Positions 1 through 13,037 of a stretch of DNA of 64,000 bases are shown here, in pieces. A program made the translations under genes and the position numbers. The DNA is from Anthoceros angustus (lineage: Eukaryota; Plantae; Anthocerotophyta): NCBI GenBank assembly GCA_010909165.1, contig VJWM01000025.1, positions 1,984,001-2,048,000 of the forward strand, in the 5' to 3' direction. How positions within the stretch are numbered: the first letter of the stretch is position 1; the number at the start of each line of letters is the position of its first letter. The notes beneath the pieces are model-generated. The model saw nothing but the letters and a program-made list of their open reading frames with translations. It had not been told where the DNA came from and did no database searches.

Positions 1-1107
1 GCACTGCTGGAGGCTGGGCCAGTGGGCTGTTGTGAGTTTGAAGACGCGGCGAAGGGACGTGAAGGGCAAAAGACAAGATGTTAAGAGGTGAGCATCTCAA
101 GATGTGAAAGCGCGTGGTGCAGCGGGTAGTTTGGGCGGCTAGTCCTCGCAGCGATGTTGGTCAGCACATTATGAATCCACCCAAGGGCTGAGGGCCCACT
201 CTGGACCCTATAAGGCTGCAGACTGTGGCGTGTAGTGAGAATTAGCATGATAAATTTTGGGATTGGGCTCGCTTGTCTCCCATCCAAGCAACCGACGCAC
301 AGGCCAGGGCCCACGACAAATATTCCACCCAAGTGCCTCAAGACAAGTTTACAACAATTCCTCTGCTGCTCGTCAATTTCAAGAGGAGCGCGGCACTAGG
401 AGGCTGCCACTCGGCGTGCATTTTTCCAACACCTGGGTCCACCATTGCCTCACCAGGATACTCTATGTTGCCGCTTTGACCCCCTCGACTGACAGTTTTG
501 AAATCGGGGAACAGTCTCCACAACCAAACAATTGCGAATGCGGACCTTGAAGACTGCTGCATTTCCTTGTCTCTTCCCTGTGTGACTGACATGATCAATC
601 CACGTCCAGACTCGGATATAGTCTAGCACCAAGTAAGAACCCATGAGACGTTGCACCAACGACAACCTTCTGGATATAGAAAGGGTAGAGAACTGCTCAC
701 CCATTGAAGATATGTACATGGCCCTACGCTATCCTGGAGATGAAGGCAACGAGGTCAAACTACTTCGAAGACAAACGGCAAGTGAAAACCGGCCTTGTCT
801 AGAGCCTTTCTACAAACAGGAACAACTGAGACGTGTGGATCATCTCAAGCCCGTAAAACCCCCGAGGACCCTTCCTCCTCACAGGAGAAACCGCCATGGC
901 CAGCAGCATCTACCTTCGTCTTGTGGGATAAGCAACCCCAAGATCCCCCTGCTACGCATCAGATTCACCAGGGCATATCCATGAACGTGACGTATCCATT
1001 GGACTGGTCTGCACAATCGGAAACAGCTCCGAAGCTGTGGGTCAGCGCAGCAAGAGGGAGGGGTTTCATGCAGAGATGCCCACCAGAAACACCAGAAACA
1101 AGCAAGT

Positions 1108-1203
1108 AAAGTTGGTGACAACGGGAGAGAGCACGCGCGTACGCTCTCATGCTCCTTACACAAGAGCATTCGGACGTGCTCTCTCTCGTCGTCACCCACC
1201 TTT
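1108..1203 (-). ncRNA. MIR535: MIR535-family miRNA hairpin (variant mature UGACGACGAGAGAGAGCACGU at 1174-1194)
   Basis: Fold-back of 1114-1135 with 1175-1196; the minus-strand 5' arm differs from canonical miR535 UGACAACGAGAGAGAGCACGC at two positions. Confidence 0.85.
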
Positions 1204-2220
1204 TTGCTGAGCAAACATGGCACAAAGCAACAAAGTCCGATCCAAAACGGCAAACCCCCAGCAGGATATGATCCACCACCCGATTCTCTCTCAGCAGACC
1301 TGCGCAAGCAACAGTGTGTTGAAGGTTAGAAGCCTGCAGGTAAACAAGTTCGCAGAAGAGTGAACAACACACAAAAGAACGAAGAAGGCAAACGAGGAGG
1401 TGAACAGCAACAAGCTCATTCGGTCCCACATTCCCCTGATTAACACAAATTGACAAGAACAAGGCAAGAGAATATATGCAATTGCAGATCTGGCTTGCCA
1501 CTAGTTGACTTCCAAGTGAGAGAACGGAGTGAGCAAGGAAGCGCTACTACACCATCTCCACATAGTCATGAGATTCCTACAACCTTTGCCAGCTAGGAAA
1601 AACAGTAGAGGTGCACAGTGAGGACTACATGCTTCGTTGCAAAGGTGAGTAATGTGGGTGAGGTGTATTCATAGATTAACGAGCATTCCAAGCTTTCCTA
1701 CAAGCCTGCGGTACAACCTAGCACTGAGGTAACTCTGGCCTATACCCTCTTCTGAGGCTTTACTTAAGGGCAAAAGTATGCGGCAAGCAGCGCACAACTG
1801 TATGCGGTGCTGCAGAAAGGCGATACAGCCCAAAAGGTATGGTATCACTGCCAATGTGTGGTGACAAGCACAGACGGGCTAACCAGTTAGCCCTCTCCAC
1901 AGTTGGTATGGGCACGGCTGCGGCCGCGTGCAGGACAGGCTCCCAGATAAAAGTCATGGTCAGTGGCCACAGTGAGTCAGCCTTCCAAAGCACTAGCTAG
2001 CCCTCAAATCAAGAAAACCAATGATGTCTCTCGCTTCAGACGACATCAAAGTGGGCAGACGGGAGGACCCTCCGGTATGCGCACAACCCAGACAAACCCA
2101 TCGATCCACAACCAGGGCCAGACGCAGTCTGTGTCCGTGATACAAAAAAAAAAAACCCGCATGCACGCACAAGGACACTCAGATCCAAAGATACAGTGTG
2201 TATACGCAAAGGAAATAAAA

Positions 2221-2309
2221 GCTGGTGACAACGGGAGGGAGCACGCACGCCCACACTCATGCACGTTCATAAGTGTCTTCGAGCGTGCTCTCTCTCGTTG
2301 TCACCCACT
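2221..2309 (-). ncRNA. MIR535: MIR535 miRNA hairpin (mature UGACAACGAGAGAGAGCACGC at 2283-2303)
   Basis: Reverse complement of 2283-2303 is an exact match to the conserved miR535 21-mer; it pairs with 2224-2246 (star arm). Confidence 0.92.
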
Positions 2310-3371
2310 GCAAGGTGTGCGTGCGGCTACCAACCTTTGATTTCACTCGTTCTTCCTTCCTCCCTTCGTTCCTCGCTCGCTCGCTCCTCCTCGACACCTC
2401 CAGCGTATTGCACAAGCAGAGCCGCTGCGCCCCTCGGTCTCGCCGTCGGCCTCGCCGACGCGCGCACAAACCTGCACCAGGAGCAGCCACCCACAACCCA
2501 GTCACGAAGAAGCTCGGGAACAGAAAGCACGAGTGCGCAATTCAGGAGCTCGGACACAGATCTTATCAGCAAACAATGAGCGCACAAGCCGGCAGGCAAC
2601 GGCGTACGCAGACCGGAACTTCCACACCCACAACAGAGAATGAGCACCAGATCTACCAAAGAGGCAGATCCCTGCATGCCCAGATGCACCACTGAGATCC
2701 TACATTTCAGCATCCCAAAGTCGCAAGGCGGGAGAAGGAAAGGCGGAAACATCGATACAGCCAACACAACGGCAGAGGCAACTCGGCAGAGAAGCTGGGG
2801 AAGCAAAGGAAGCAAAGGAAGCAGAGGAAGCAGAAACGCAGAGGAGGCCGGCAGCAGCACCTCCCTGTGTATACCTCGGGCGCCGGCGGTGATAGCGGGA
2901 GCTGCCGCAATTCCCGCAATCCACAACCCGGCGTGCATTACGCAGCAATTGCATTCTTGGCAAGCAAGAGGAAGAAGGTGCAGAGGCGGCGGCGACATTC
3001 TTGGAGTTACCAAGGCGGGACAGGACGGGAAGACGGCAGCAGCGGGCACGAATCTTGGCAATCCAAGAAGCAGTGAATCCCAGATCCAGGCCCCTCGAGC
3101 GTAACGGCGAGCTCCCTCCTCCGCCCTGTTGTCACCTTCTCCCCTTCTCCCCTTCTCCCCTTCTACCTCTACACTCTTCCTCTCCTCTACGAATGGGGAA
3201 ATGGGCAGCGGGAAGTTGGGCGAGCTCGAGAACGGAGGAGGTGGGCGACTCCCAATGCCTCATGCCTTGCAACTGAAGACGGTGCGGCGGCTTAAAAAGG
3301 CGGGCAGGCTATGCGGCGCACGACATGGCCAAGGTCGTGGGCATGGTGCGCGGATCTGTGGGACCTCTCAC

Positions 3372-4590
3372 CACTCACTCACTCACTCACTCACTCACTC
3401 CCTTCACTCCCTTCACTCCCCCACACAGTCACCCAGCTCCTTCCCCGTCCCCAGGCGTGGGCCAGCCAGCGTTGGCTGGAGGAGAGCGGAGAGCAGAGAG
3501 CAGAGCGCGCCGGGGCCGGGGCCGGGGCCGGGTCCGGGGCAGCCGCTGCCGCTCGCCCCGTCGAATGCCTCCAGTCGCAACACACACCCACATATCTACA
3601 CTCCAATCTCTCTCACATTCCTCCGCCCATCTCTTCTCTCGCCTTCCTTTCTGCCTTCTTCGGCCTTGCCGTCTGCCGCCTGCCTGCCTGCCTGCCTGCC
3701 TACCTGCCTGCCTGCCTGCCTGCATGCCTGCCTGCCTGCCTTCGCTGCCCTTCCGGCGTCCTCGAATCCGATCCACCTCGGCGGGCTGGCTGGCTGGCTG
3801 GCTGTCTTCTTGTTCCAACCCCCGGCCGTGCCCAGGAAACGGCCGTGTAAACGGGCGCCGTGCCCTTGCGTCCCGTCCCGTTCCCCGTTTCATCCCGTTT
3901 CATCCCGTTTCGTCCCGTCCCGTTCCGGCGCGCAGTTAGCGGCAGCAGGGCGGGCGGGCGGGCGAGCAGTAGCAGTGATGACGACGCCACACGCCAGTGG
4001 GCGGGCAGGCCAGTCAAGTATCCCGCCCATGATGCCTGATCATGCTATTTTACAGTTATGATGCCCCTTGAGGCGGGCCGCGCGCGGCCTTGGACGGACG
4101 TCCATGAGCTGCCGTCCCGTCCGTTTGTCCCGTCTGTCCGTTCCGCGGAATCCGATGATGAGGCCGGTGGCCGGTAGCAATCAAGATCCGGTCCATGACG
4201 ATGCATTCTTTCATTCATTCCGGCAGGGCAGCTGCCGCTGCTGCCCGCTGCCCGCTGCCCGCTGCCTGCTGCCCTACCCGGCACCGGCACCGGGTAAAGC
4301 TGCCGCAGCGGTTTGCTGTAGCAGCGGCAGCCCTCACCGCTGGACTGATGACCCAGGACCACGTACTCTCTCTGTCTCTCTGTCTCTCTGTCTGTCTGTC
4401 TATCTCCTTTCTTTGAGGTGTGGCCTGTTTCATGAATGACACGCCGCACACGCTTTCAACGGCTCTTCTTCTTTTCCTTGTCCACACCTCCAACGCCTAC
4501 TTGCTGTATGACATGTCTTTAGCCCTGACCTGAGCTCCCAGCCCCAGGCCCCAGGCCCCAGGCCCCAGCCCCAGCCCCAGCCCCAGCCTG
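3372..4590. repeat. Microsatellite-rich tract: (TCAC)n, (GGGGCC)n, (GCCT)n, (GGCT)n, (TC/TCTG)n, (CCCCAG)n
   Basis: Simple repeats visible directly; the ORFs here are repeat artefacts. Confidence 0.85.
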
Positions 4591-5577
4591 CTGCCAACGA
4601 AGAAGAAGGCGTGTTGGTGAATGAAAGGAAAGCTTGCAGTTGCACCTTAGCTTGGTTTGCGTGTAAAAGGGGATTTGGCCTGATGCCTGATGCCTGATGT
4701 CACCCACCACCACCCAAGTCAACATGTGCACCTCTCTCTCTTTGTCTTGCCCTTTGCCTGCCACCGCCATTAAAATAATTGCACTTGTGCTCATATAATA
4801 ATCACAGAAAATACGATGCTCCCCTCTTAAAAAGTGCACTACCGCCACCCTCTTCCTATCCCCCACCCTCCTACGCCCGTTGGCACGATGCCCATGCCTT
4901 CTCATTCCCCCTAGCTCATTCCCCCTAGCTCATTCCAAATTCTCTTTTCCTCTTTCTATGTGACATTCCACATTCTTAACTTTATTCCCTTCCTTCCCTC
5001 CTAACGCATTATAGGTGTCAACTATTAGGAAGAGAGTGGACACTAAAATCTACAAGCTAGCCTGAGGAACTTTGACAAGAAATGAGAAACATGAAATAAA
5101 GGAGATGTAGAAGGCTTAGAGAGGACAAGGAAGATGGAAGAAATGCCAAATGCACCAAAACATGAATGAAAAGGAAGTAAGAAAGGAAAACGGAGAGAGA
5201 ATAACCCACTCATCCACCCAAAGTACACTCACTAAGGAAACTTACTTGCGGTATGGATCCGTTAATTTCTTGTTGCAGGCATCTAATATTGCAACGTTGC
5301 ACTAACGTCCACATGACGAGAATATATGCAATTCCACCGACATCCACCCGAAGAGAATAATCGTTCCAAGTACCGTAACGTTGCAGAGCATCTCACCAAC
5401 GTTCACTTGAAGAGAATGATTGTTCCAAGTATTATAACGTTGCGTAGCAACTCACCGGTTCCAACGTCTCCAGCGTCCACCCCAAGAGAATGATTGTTCC
5501 AAGTATTGTAACGTTGCGCACCAACTCAACGGTTTCAACGTCTGCAGGGAAGCCACTTCCATTTAAAGAAAAAAATC

Positions 5578-5972
5578 AATGCTTGCAACGATTTTCATTT
5601 ATGTACGTGGAAAAGTTATTATCCAGTACTCTGCCGTTGTAACCACGTTCCCTAGTACTCTCAACCACTTCTACTTAATGCTTGCAACAATTTTCATATA
5701 TGTACGTGGAAAAGTTATTATCCAGTACTCTGCCATTGTAACCACGTTCCCTATTACTCTCAACCACTTCTACTTAACGCTTGCAACGATTTTCATTTAT
5801 GTACGTGGGAAAGTTATTATCTGGTACTCTACCATAGTAACCACGTTCCCTAGTACTCTCAACCACTTCTACTTAATGCTTGAAACGATTTTCATTTATG
5901 TACGTGGGAAAGTTATTATCCAGTACTCTGCCATTGTTACCACGTTCCCTAGTACTCTCAACCACTTCTACT
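5578..5972. repeat. Tandem repeat, 99-bp unit, about 4 copies plus a degenerate tail to about 6130
   Basis: Unit aatgcttgcaacgattttcatttatgtacgtgg...ctcaaccacttctactt recurs every 99 bp. Confidence 0.9.
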
Positions 5973-7595
5973 ACCACACAAAAGTTATTGTGGAATACTC
6001 TACCATTGTAACCACATTCTCCAATACTCTCAACCACTACTACGTCAATGGTAAAGCTGTTCCCAAGTACTCTGCATTGTTTAACCACTTGAAGAAAATT
6101 TGTTTCCATGTACTTTGCAACCACACCTACTTAAGAGAGTAAAAAAAAGCACTGATTTATGTTGTAGGTACTTTTAGTAACTTTCATTCATGACTTCATG
6201 TCTTCCCAACTACGACGCTACACCTAAGTGATAATGCGGGAATTATGTGTACCGACTCAGTAAAAAACTTCTTTAAGGAAATTTTCAATCCACTTAAAGG
6301 AAATCCTTTACCTATATTTAATATAAAAATAGGATTATTTTTAATTATATAATAAATTATTTTATTCTGATGTATATTTATCTTAAATTAAATATTTAGC
6401 ATATAAATAAAATACTATATATATATTATGAATATAATACCGAAATAATAATTGATATTTATAGAATGCGCGTGGGAGGGACGTTGGGTGTGTAGGTGTA
6501 TGTAATTAGACAGATCCGGCGGAAGCGAACGGGCATGGGCAGCCAAAGCCAATAATTGAGGGTTGAGGCGGGGCCGGTTCCGGTTGGCCCGTCAGAAGAG
6601 AGGCCAGCGGGCGGAGGCGCGGCCCATGCCACATTGCTACCCCGTCACATCGCGTCACGCTGCATTACCGGCCCGTCACGGGCGCACCCACTGCATTGCC
6701 TGGACCTGGACTGCATCACCACCTGCTACCCTTGGCCCACCCGTATCCCGTATTCCGTCTCTCCATTCTCCCGTCCTGCCGTCCTGCCGTCCTGCCGTCC
6801 TGCCGTCCTCCGTCCTCCGTCCTCCGTCCGTTCCCATCGTCCCATCCCACACCCTACCCACCCCGCTCATATCTGCATGCACACCACGCTAATCCCTCCT
6901 ATCTACAACAAGAGGACTAGTATCTTGGAATAAGAACCTCCTTCAGCTCTTCATCTCCAGAATATTATGTTCGCAAAAACTTAATATAAAATTATAATCA
7001 CATCCAAATTTATAATTTATTTTATAATTAAATATAAAATTATTATAATATTGAGCTAAATTAGTAGAATTATTATCCACTTAATTTTACTCGTTCTCTT
7101 CATATGTATCTCATGTATGGAATACCAATCTGGTCACGCGCCATCCACATTTTTTTAGGGTTGTGGACACAACGAAATAGGTTCGCCGGATACGGCGAAA
7201 CTATTTCGTCATGTCACGCATGACCACATCGGTCTTGACTGCGGCCCCAGGTGTACCGATCTTGTCAAGTTGATGATGCACACAAACTTTTCACGATGAT
7301 ACATACAAACTTTTTTTCTCTCGAGTTTAGGGTTGCGTTGCGTCCTTTCATGGGCATTTCTTGTGCCCTTGCATCATGCATATGCTGGGCGGCGGATGTG
7401 TGCAGTTGCATTTGCGTTGCGCTTACCATTTGCATTTGCGTTTGCGCTGCACTCATTGTTTGTTTTTGCTGTGTGGCTGAGTGCGTTTGCCCTTCCATGC
7501 AAGGCTGCAGTATTTGGCACTGGCTACATACAAGGCTGCAACGTTTCCTGCCCCCTATGGGGGTGCAGTTTCACTTAGCACTAAGTACCCTGAAA

Positions 7596-7903
7596 CAAGC
7601 TTGTACCAGAAAGACCAACACAAGAAGGCCGCGTGTTAACATGTATGTGTGGTGATCAGAACCTTAAAACCCTAAACAACAAAAGATGTGCATGACACAA
7701 GCTTGTACCAGAAGGACCAACACAAGAAGGCCGCGTGTTAACATGTATGTGTGGTGATCGGAACCCTAAAACCCTAAACAACAAAACATGTGCATGACAC
7801 AAGCTTGTACCAGAAGGACCAACATAAGAAGGCCGCGTATTAACATGTATGTGTGGTGATCGGAACCCTAAAACCCTAAACAACAAAACATGTGCATGAC
7901 ACA
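7596..7903. repeat. Tandem repeat, 102-bp unit x3, containing AAACCCTAAA
   Basis: caagcttgtaccag starts at 7596, 7698 and 7800. Confidence 0.9.
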
Positions 7904-9001
7904 ATGGGACCACCAGGCGAAAACTAAAACTGAGTCATACAAAGTTTTTGCCCATACTCATGCATGGATCATTAACCGTTATATTTTCATTAAATAATAA
8001 ACCCTATAGTTATTAGATTTGATTCAATTTTTGAATTTAGGTTTTCAGATGTGATTATGATGTCTAATAATGCACCAGATATGATTGCCAAGGATATCCT
8101 ACTTGCTAGAGGAACCATATTAATAAGGTTGTGTGTGGTGAATTCATATGAATCTTTGAGAATAAACATATTCTTGGTTCCACAAGAGACCCCACACACA
8201 TATTTATGGTGCTACTTTTTGATGGAAGCATACTAGATCCCATTTGTCATGTCTCCATTTTTAATTCCAAGTTCAGGTGTTCTATAATTAATGACAGATA
8301 GAGTTCTTCTTTTTAAGATTCAGCACATGTAAAACAAGTTGTTCAGACACAAAGCTATGATGGAATGGTACCAGCAAGTACTGTTCTTATAGGGGCACAC
8401 ATTTAATGTGACTACAATATGAAGGCTCATGTAAAAAATGGTACCTAGTTATAATTTATAGAAACTTAGCCTAGTTATATGCAAGCTAATTGTATACATT
8501 ATAGATATGTACCAATAGAGACATTGAATGAGAGTAGGTACTTGGTTCACCTGTGCCCGGGGGACTCTGAATCAAATCAAAGCATGTCCTTGAGACTAAA
8601 TAATCAGCTTATGATCCGCGGTACCAAAGGCCAAGGCAGGTGCATAAAAAGGGCCTCCGAGGTACATACATTCGCATGCGCTGATGAGATGACACCCGTA
8701 GCTGGGCTCTGCTTTTTCCCATGTGTACTGTACATAGCTGCAGGAAACCAAATGCTGGAGTACGGGACTGATGTACGGTGTCCATTTTAGGGCAAAGTGG
8801 ACCCGTGCGCGCACAGGCCAGCAGCCGTTTAAACCTGTCCCCAGGCTTTGCTTCAGTTATGGCACAGCCTTGAATCCAGGTAAGTACGCTTTCTGGGACT
8901 GCGGTAAAAGGAGGCTCCCAAGTACATGGAATGCGCTACGGTACAGTACTTGCTCGGGTCACCTACCCGCTACCTGGGACAGTTAGGTGACCAGCTACGG
9001 T

Positions 9002-9009
9002 TAGGGTTT
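9002..9009 (+). promoter_or_regulatory. Telo-box (TAGGGTTT) upstream of RRP46
   Basis: Motif about 100 bp before the ATG of an rRNA-processing gene, the usual context for plant telo-boxes. Confidence 0.45.
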
Positions 9010-9110
9010 CACCGCGGCAGGGGTTCGGCGTCGCTGGCGGCAGTCTCGAATTCGGAGCTGGACCTGAGCGCGCGGGGTGGATGCAGCTGTAGCCTCTGTA
9101 ACTCTAGGGG

Positions 9111-10797
9111 ATGGCCCAGGACGGTGCGTTTGTGAGGTTGGATGAGCGCTCTGCGAACCAACTGCGGCCTGTAGTCTGTACCAGGGGATTTCTCAACCGT
9201 GCCGACGGCTCCGCGCGCTGGTCGAATGGTAAGCTGTTATCTATTTCTGCCGTGCTGTGCCGTCTGATTTGGTCTGGACTGGTCTCGTCTGTTTGATCGG
9301 ATCTGATCTGGTCATGTTCCCTTTTTTTTTCTGGATGTGCTCTCACGTTTTGGAATGCAGACAATACGATTGTGGTTGCTGCCGTCTACGGGCCAAAATC
9401 GGTCGCTGGCAGAAAGGAGAATCCAGAAAGAGCAACCCTTGAAGTGATTTGGAAGCCAAAAAGTGGACTTGCTGGTGAGTTTGTACTTTTTTAATTGTGT
9501 GCAATCACGTTCTATCAGGTTATTGTCCGATTTGTGAGTCTCTAAGGAAGACTTTGAGCTGTAGGAAATCCTGAGAAGGAGATGGAGCACGTTGTAAGAA
9601 GGACGTTTGAAAGTTTGCTTCTGTCGGCATTGTTTCCAAACACTGGGATCTCACTCATCCTACAGGTGACAAGCACTGGTTTTGTAGGAGGCTAACTGCG
9701 GGTAGACTGTTGGTTCATCTGCCCCGTCGTGTCTGCACTTCTGTGCCTGTTTGAAGTGTCAGACACTCCGGTTCTGACCCAGGGAATTGTCACTGGCATT
9801 TCAGGTGGTCAGCGACGATGGATCTGTATCCTGTAGTCAAATTTTGGTTGTCTTGAATGTAGGGTATCTAGTCAAATTTCGGTTGTCTTGAATTTAGGGT
9901 ATCTAGTGCAGATCGTAGAAACACCTTGACACGAGCCTGCCAGCTTCTTTCATGTGCAATGAACGCAGCGTGTGCAGCCTTTGTAGATGCGGGCATTCCT
10001 CTTAGGGGCTTGACTGGTAAGGGTGACTAGTGGCTCCTTCATTTATTTTTCTTGGCCCTGCACAAGGTACATCAAATTTGTGAGTGGGTTGGACTCAAGT
10101 TTGTTGAGTTTATCACTTGCAGACGCTGCCTTCTCACCCGTGCCACTCTCTCTATCCCTCAGCTGCTGTGACAGTTGCTGTGATTGCAAATGGGGAGACA
10201 TTGCTTGATCCAACAAAGCTGGAGGAGCAGGTAGCATCATCTTGCCCCTTTCTACCGAGGTGCTGCTTGGGCCACAATCTGCGGCTGACAAACACATGTG
10301 ATTCTCGTGACAGGAATCTCGTGCCCAAGTTTCTTTCGTGTTCCCAAGTCGCTCTGCGCTTTCGGTTCAAGGGCCCGATGATCCTGGTGAAGAGCCCCCG
10401 GAGCATGGAATTCTAACATCAGTTACTCGAGGCGCCATGTCCGGTAACGTTTTCCCTCGTATTCTTCACATTTTTACTGTCACAGCGGGATCGCATGTCA
10501 GAGGCCATGCAGAGTATTAGATTACACCAGTTAAAAAGTCGCGAATAGTAGGGGCTGATGGTATGCAGAATTTCGTAATGCAGTTGATGACTATCTAACT
10601 TGCTTGGAGAGAGGTCGAGCATCGAGTGCTAAGATATCTGAGTTCTGTCGCACCAGTCTCGAGCAGTGCCAGGTAATCTGTTTTCAAGTTGTGGAGGTCC
10701 CTCCTTTACATACCCTGCCCTGTAACGTTTGAAGTCCTTATTCATTGTTCAGCTGGTGGCAGTGCTCGTAGCAAGGATGTTGCGAAATCACCTATAA
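9111..10797 (+). CDS. RRP46: Exosome complex component RRP46 (RNase PH-like), about 9 exons; last exon uncertain
   Basis: Spliced translation: RLDERSANQLRP...RADGSARWS / TIVVAAVYGPK...EVIWKPKSGL / ...FPNTGISLILQ / VVSDDGS / LLSCAMNAACAAFVDAGIPL / ...LLDPTKLEEQ / ...EHGILTSVTRGAMS / VDDYLTCLERGR. Confidence 0.92.
9826..9943 (+). other. Putative U12-type (minor spliceosome) GT-AG intron
   Basis: Donor GTATCCTG; branch-like CCTTGAC at 9924-9930 a short distance before CAG; no pyrimidine tract. Confidence 0.7.
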
Positions 10798-12017
10798 CCT
10801 GTTTCCTGGATGCAGCGAACCCTAGAAATTGGAACAGCCTGAGGCACTATTGTTTAACATGCTGCGGGAGCTAGTGTCTACCCGAAGGCCCAAGTCATTG
10901 TTTGACCCCTGTACACGGGCCCTTCTGGCCATTTTTTAGACGGTAATTCACTGGAAAATATTTTTGCCCCTTTTCTGCTCGATATAATGGATTTGAAAAT
11001 TCGGAAAAATACATCCACTGGTCAGCAACAGAAGCTCTTTCCAACGAGGTATCACATGCCTCGTTCATTGGCTCTGATGTCAAATGCCTCGTTCATTGGC
11101 TCTGATGTCAAATGCCTCGTTCATTCGCTCTTCTGATGATCGGAACTTTCGGGACCATCGAACGAGGAGGTCGTTTCTTATGCCGGATTGCTTCAAAGGC
11201 CCAGGGATTCACATTGTGCACTACACGGAGAGCAACACGCACCCTCTACAATTTGAGCTCAAACCATGCAACTCCGATCAGAAAAAGTGCGGATGCAAGG
11301 CGTTCGGAACGCCACAGCCATTCACAAACAAAAGCAAAAACAAAATAAAGATGCGTCCTGAACTCGAGTTGAAAACGATCCTCCCAGGCTCCGTGACCCA
11401 ACATGACAAACCAGGCAGCTATGGCGGATCTTATGCATGCTTTTATAATAATAATGACCCATTCCGGGTCATTATTTTTTCCTTATTATCCATATATCGC
11501 TCCTGAGTGTGCGAAAGTTTACCAAGCTAGCCCTACTCTTCAAGACGAGGCCTCTGCTACCTCAAGCCCAGAAACCGGTGGGGAGAGCTTCTACATACCC
11601 ACAGCAACACATCATGTGCGTACATCGTTAACACGGTGAGGCTGAATTTGCAGTCAGGAAGTCGGGGCACAGTTAAGTGAAAACGTAGAGAGATTTCTAT
11701 TGCCTTTGAGTACCCTGCCTGGACACCACTTCTGTCAGGCTTCCCTTCCGTCCTCGCTTCTATACTCTCCTGGACATTGGGACGCCCGAGTAAAATCAGT
11801 TGAGGGCTTCACAACTCTGAAGGTCGTCAATGAGCTTTCCAAAATTGAATGTGGTTATGTGGAACTCTTGAAAGCAAAATATACATTCCCGGCAGTGTGA
11901 GCCACAGTGGGGAAATTCTCACCAGGTCCAGTTTCAGGTGCCGCCCTGAACCGGCTGGTGCAGTGCATTGCAGGCTCCGTTGTGTTTGAATGGTGCAAAC
12001 ATGGAGGGGATATGTGA

Positions 12018-13037
12018 TCAGTATGGAGTAAATTTGCGAGCAGCCCTAAGTTTTGCCAGCTTTTTCTTGTCATTCTCGAATTTCTGTTGCAAATTCAGTA
12101 ATTCTGCAAATGCGCGAGAACGGTTAGCCCCCAAAGATGGGACGCAGGTGCCACAGGCAAGATCACAAGAGCAAATCTTACCATTTCGACGCTGCTCGCG
12201 TCGTTGAAATCGATAGAAGTCGAGAGTTGTTTCCGCCGCCTTCTTCTGTTTCTTGGCGGCCCTTTCAAGTACAGCAGCAGATGACACAGCACCCACTTTT
12301 AAACCACCGTCTGCGTCGGCACCCTTCTTCCTCCCCCCTTTACTCACAACCAGAGTCCAACCATCTGCAGCAGCAGCTGCCTCCCTCTCCGCTTTAGTCT
12401 GCAAGTCACCATGACTCAGACATTAAAAAACCAGCTCTGCAATTACTACAGCACATTGAAATGGTGCACAGAGAGGGAGCAGAGTAACCAACCTGTTCTT
12501 CACGGGCATCATACTGCAATATGAATTCGTCAATTTCCTGCTGCAAGGTTTCTGGATCACGCCTCTCGGCATAATACTCAGCCAGCCACTCTGCGAGGAC
12601 GAGAAAAATTGGTCAATCCCTAAACCGGCCAAAACCCAACGCCGTCTGCCCAAAGCCTTACTCTTCATGCCCGTAGGAGCCCCATCCTTGACTGCATCAC
12701 CACAATCCCTAATCTCTGAAGGCTGCACGGCAGCGTCAGGGGACGCCGCAGCTAAGTCGGCATCCCCCTCTTCACGTTCTCTCGCCTTGTTCTTCGTCTT
12801 CTTGCTTGGCGAAGCCGCACCTTGTAGCTGCTTGCTCCTCGAAGGCTTCTTCATCATGGACTCCTGCTCCAATCCAGCTCCCGTTTTCTCCATCCTACTT
12901 TTCCTCTTCTTGACCACGTTGCGACCATCATCATCCTTCTTCTTTCTTATTCTGGCAGACAGACCAAGCAAACCCTTGCTCGTACCCTTCTTCACCTTGC
13001 CAGACCCACTGCGAGACTCGGTTGCTCGGATCACCAT
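12018..13037 (-). CDS. RRP7: Ribosomal RNA-processing protein 7 (RRP7 C-terminal domain), 4 exons
   Basis: Lys-rich N-terminus, then WLAEYY...LQQEIDEFI / DGWTLVVSKGGRKK...LDFYRFQRREQRRN / ELLNLQQKFENDKKKLAKLRAARKFTPY. Confidence 0.9.

Noticed and set aside
1669-1854. YRRLVGKL resembling a Copia RT motif
   Set aside because: Isolated 8-aa match with no flanking RT motifs
3129-4061. 310-aa ORF and its overlapping ORFs
   Set aside because: Translations of microsatellites (THSL, PACL and GP repeats)
7990-8400. AT-rich short ORFs as a DNA-transposon remnant
   Set aside because: No recognisable catalytic motif or termini
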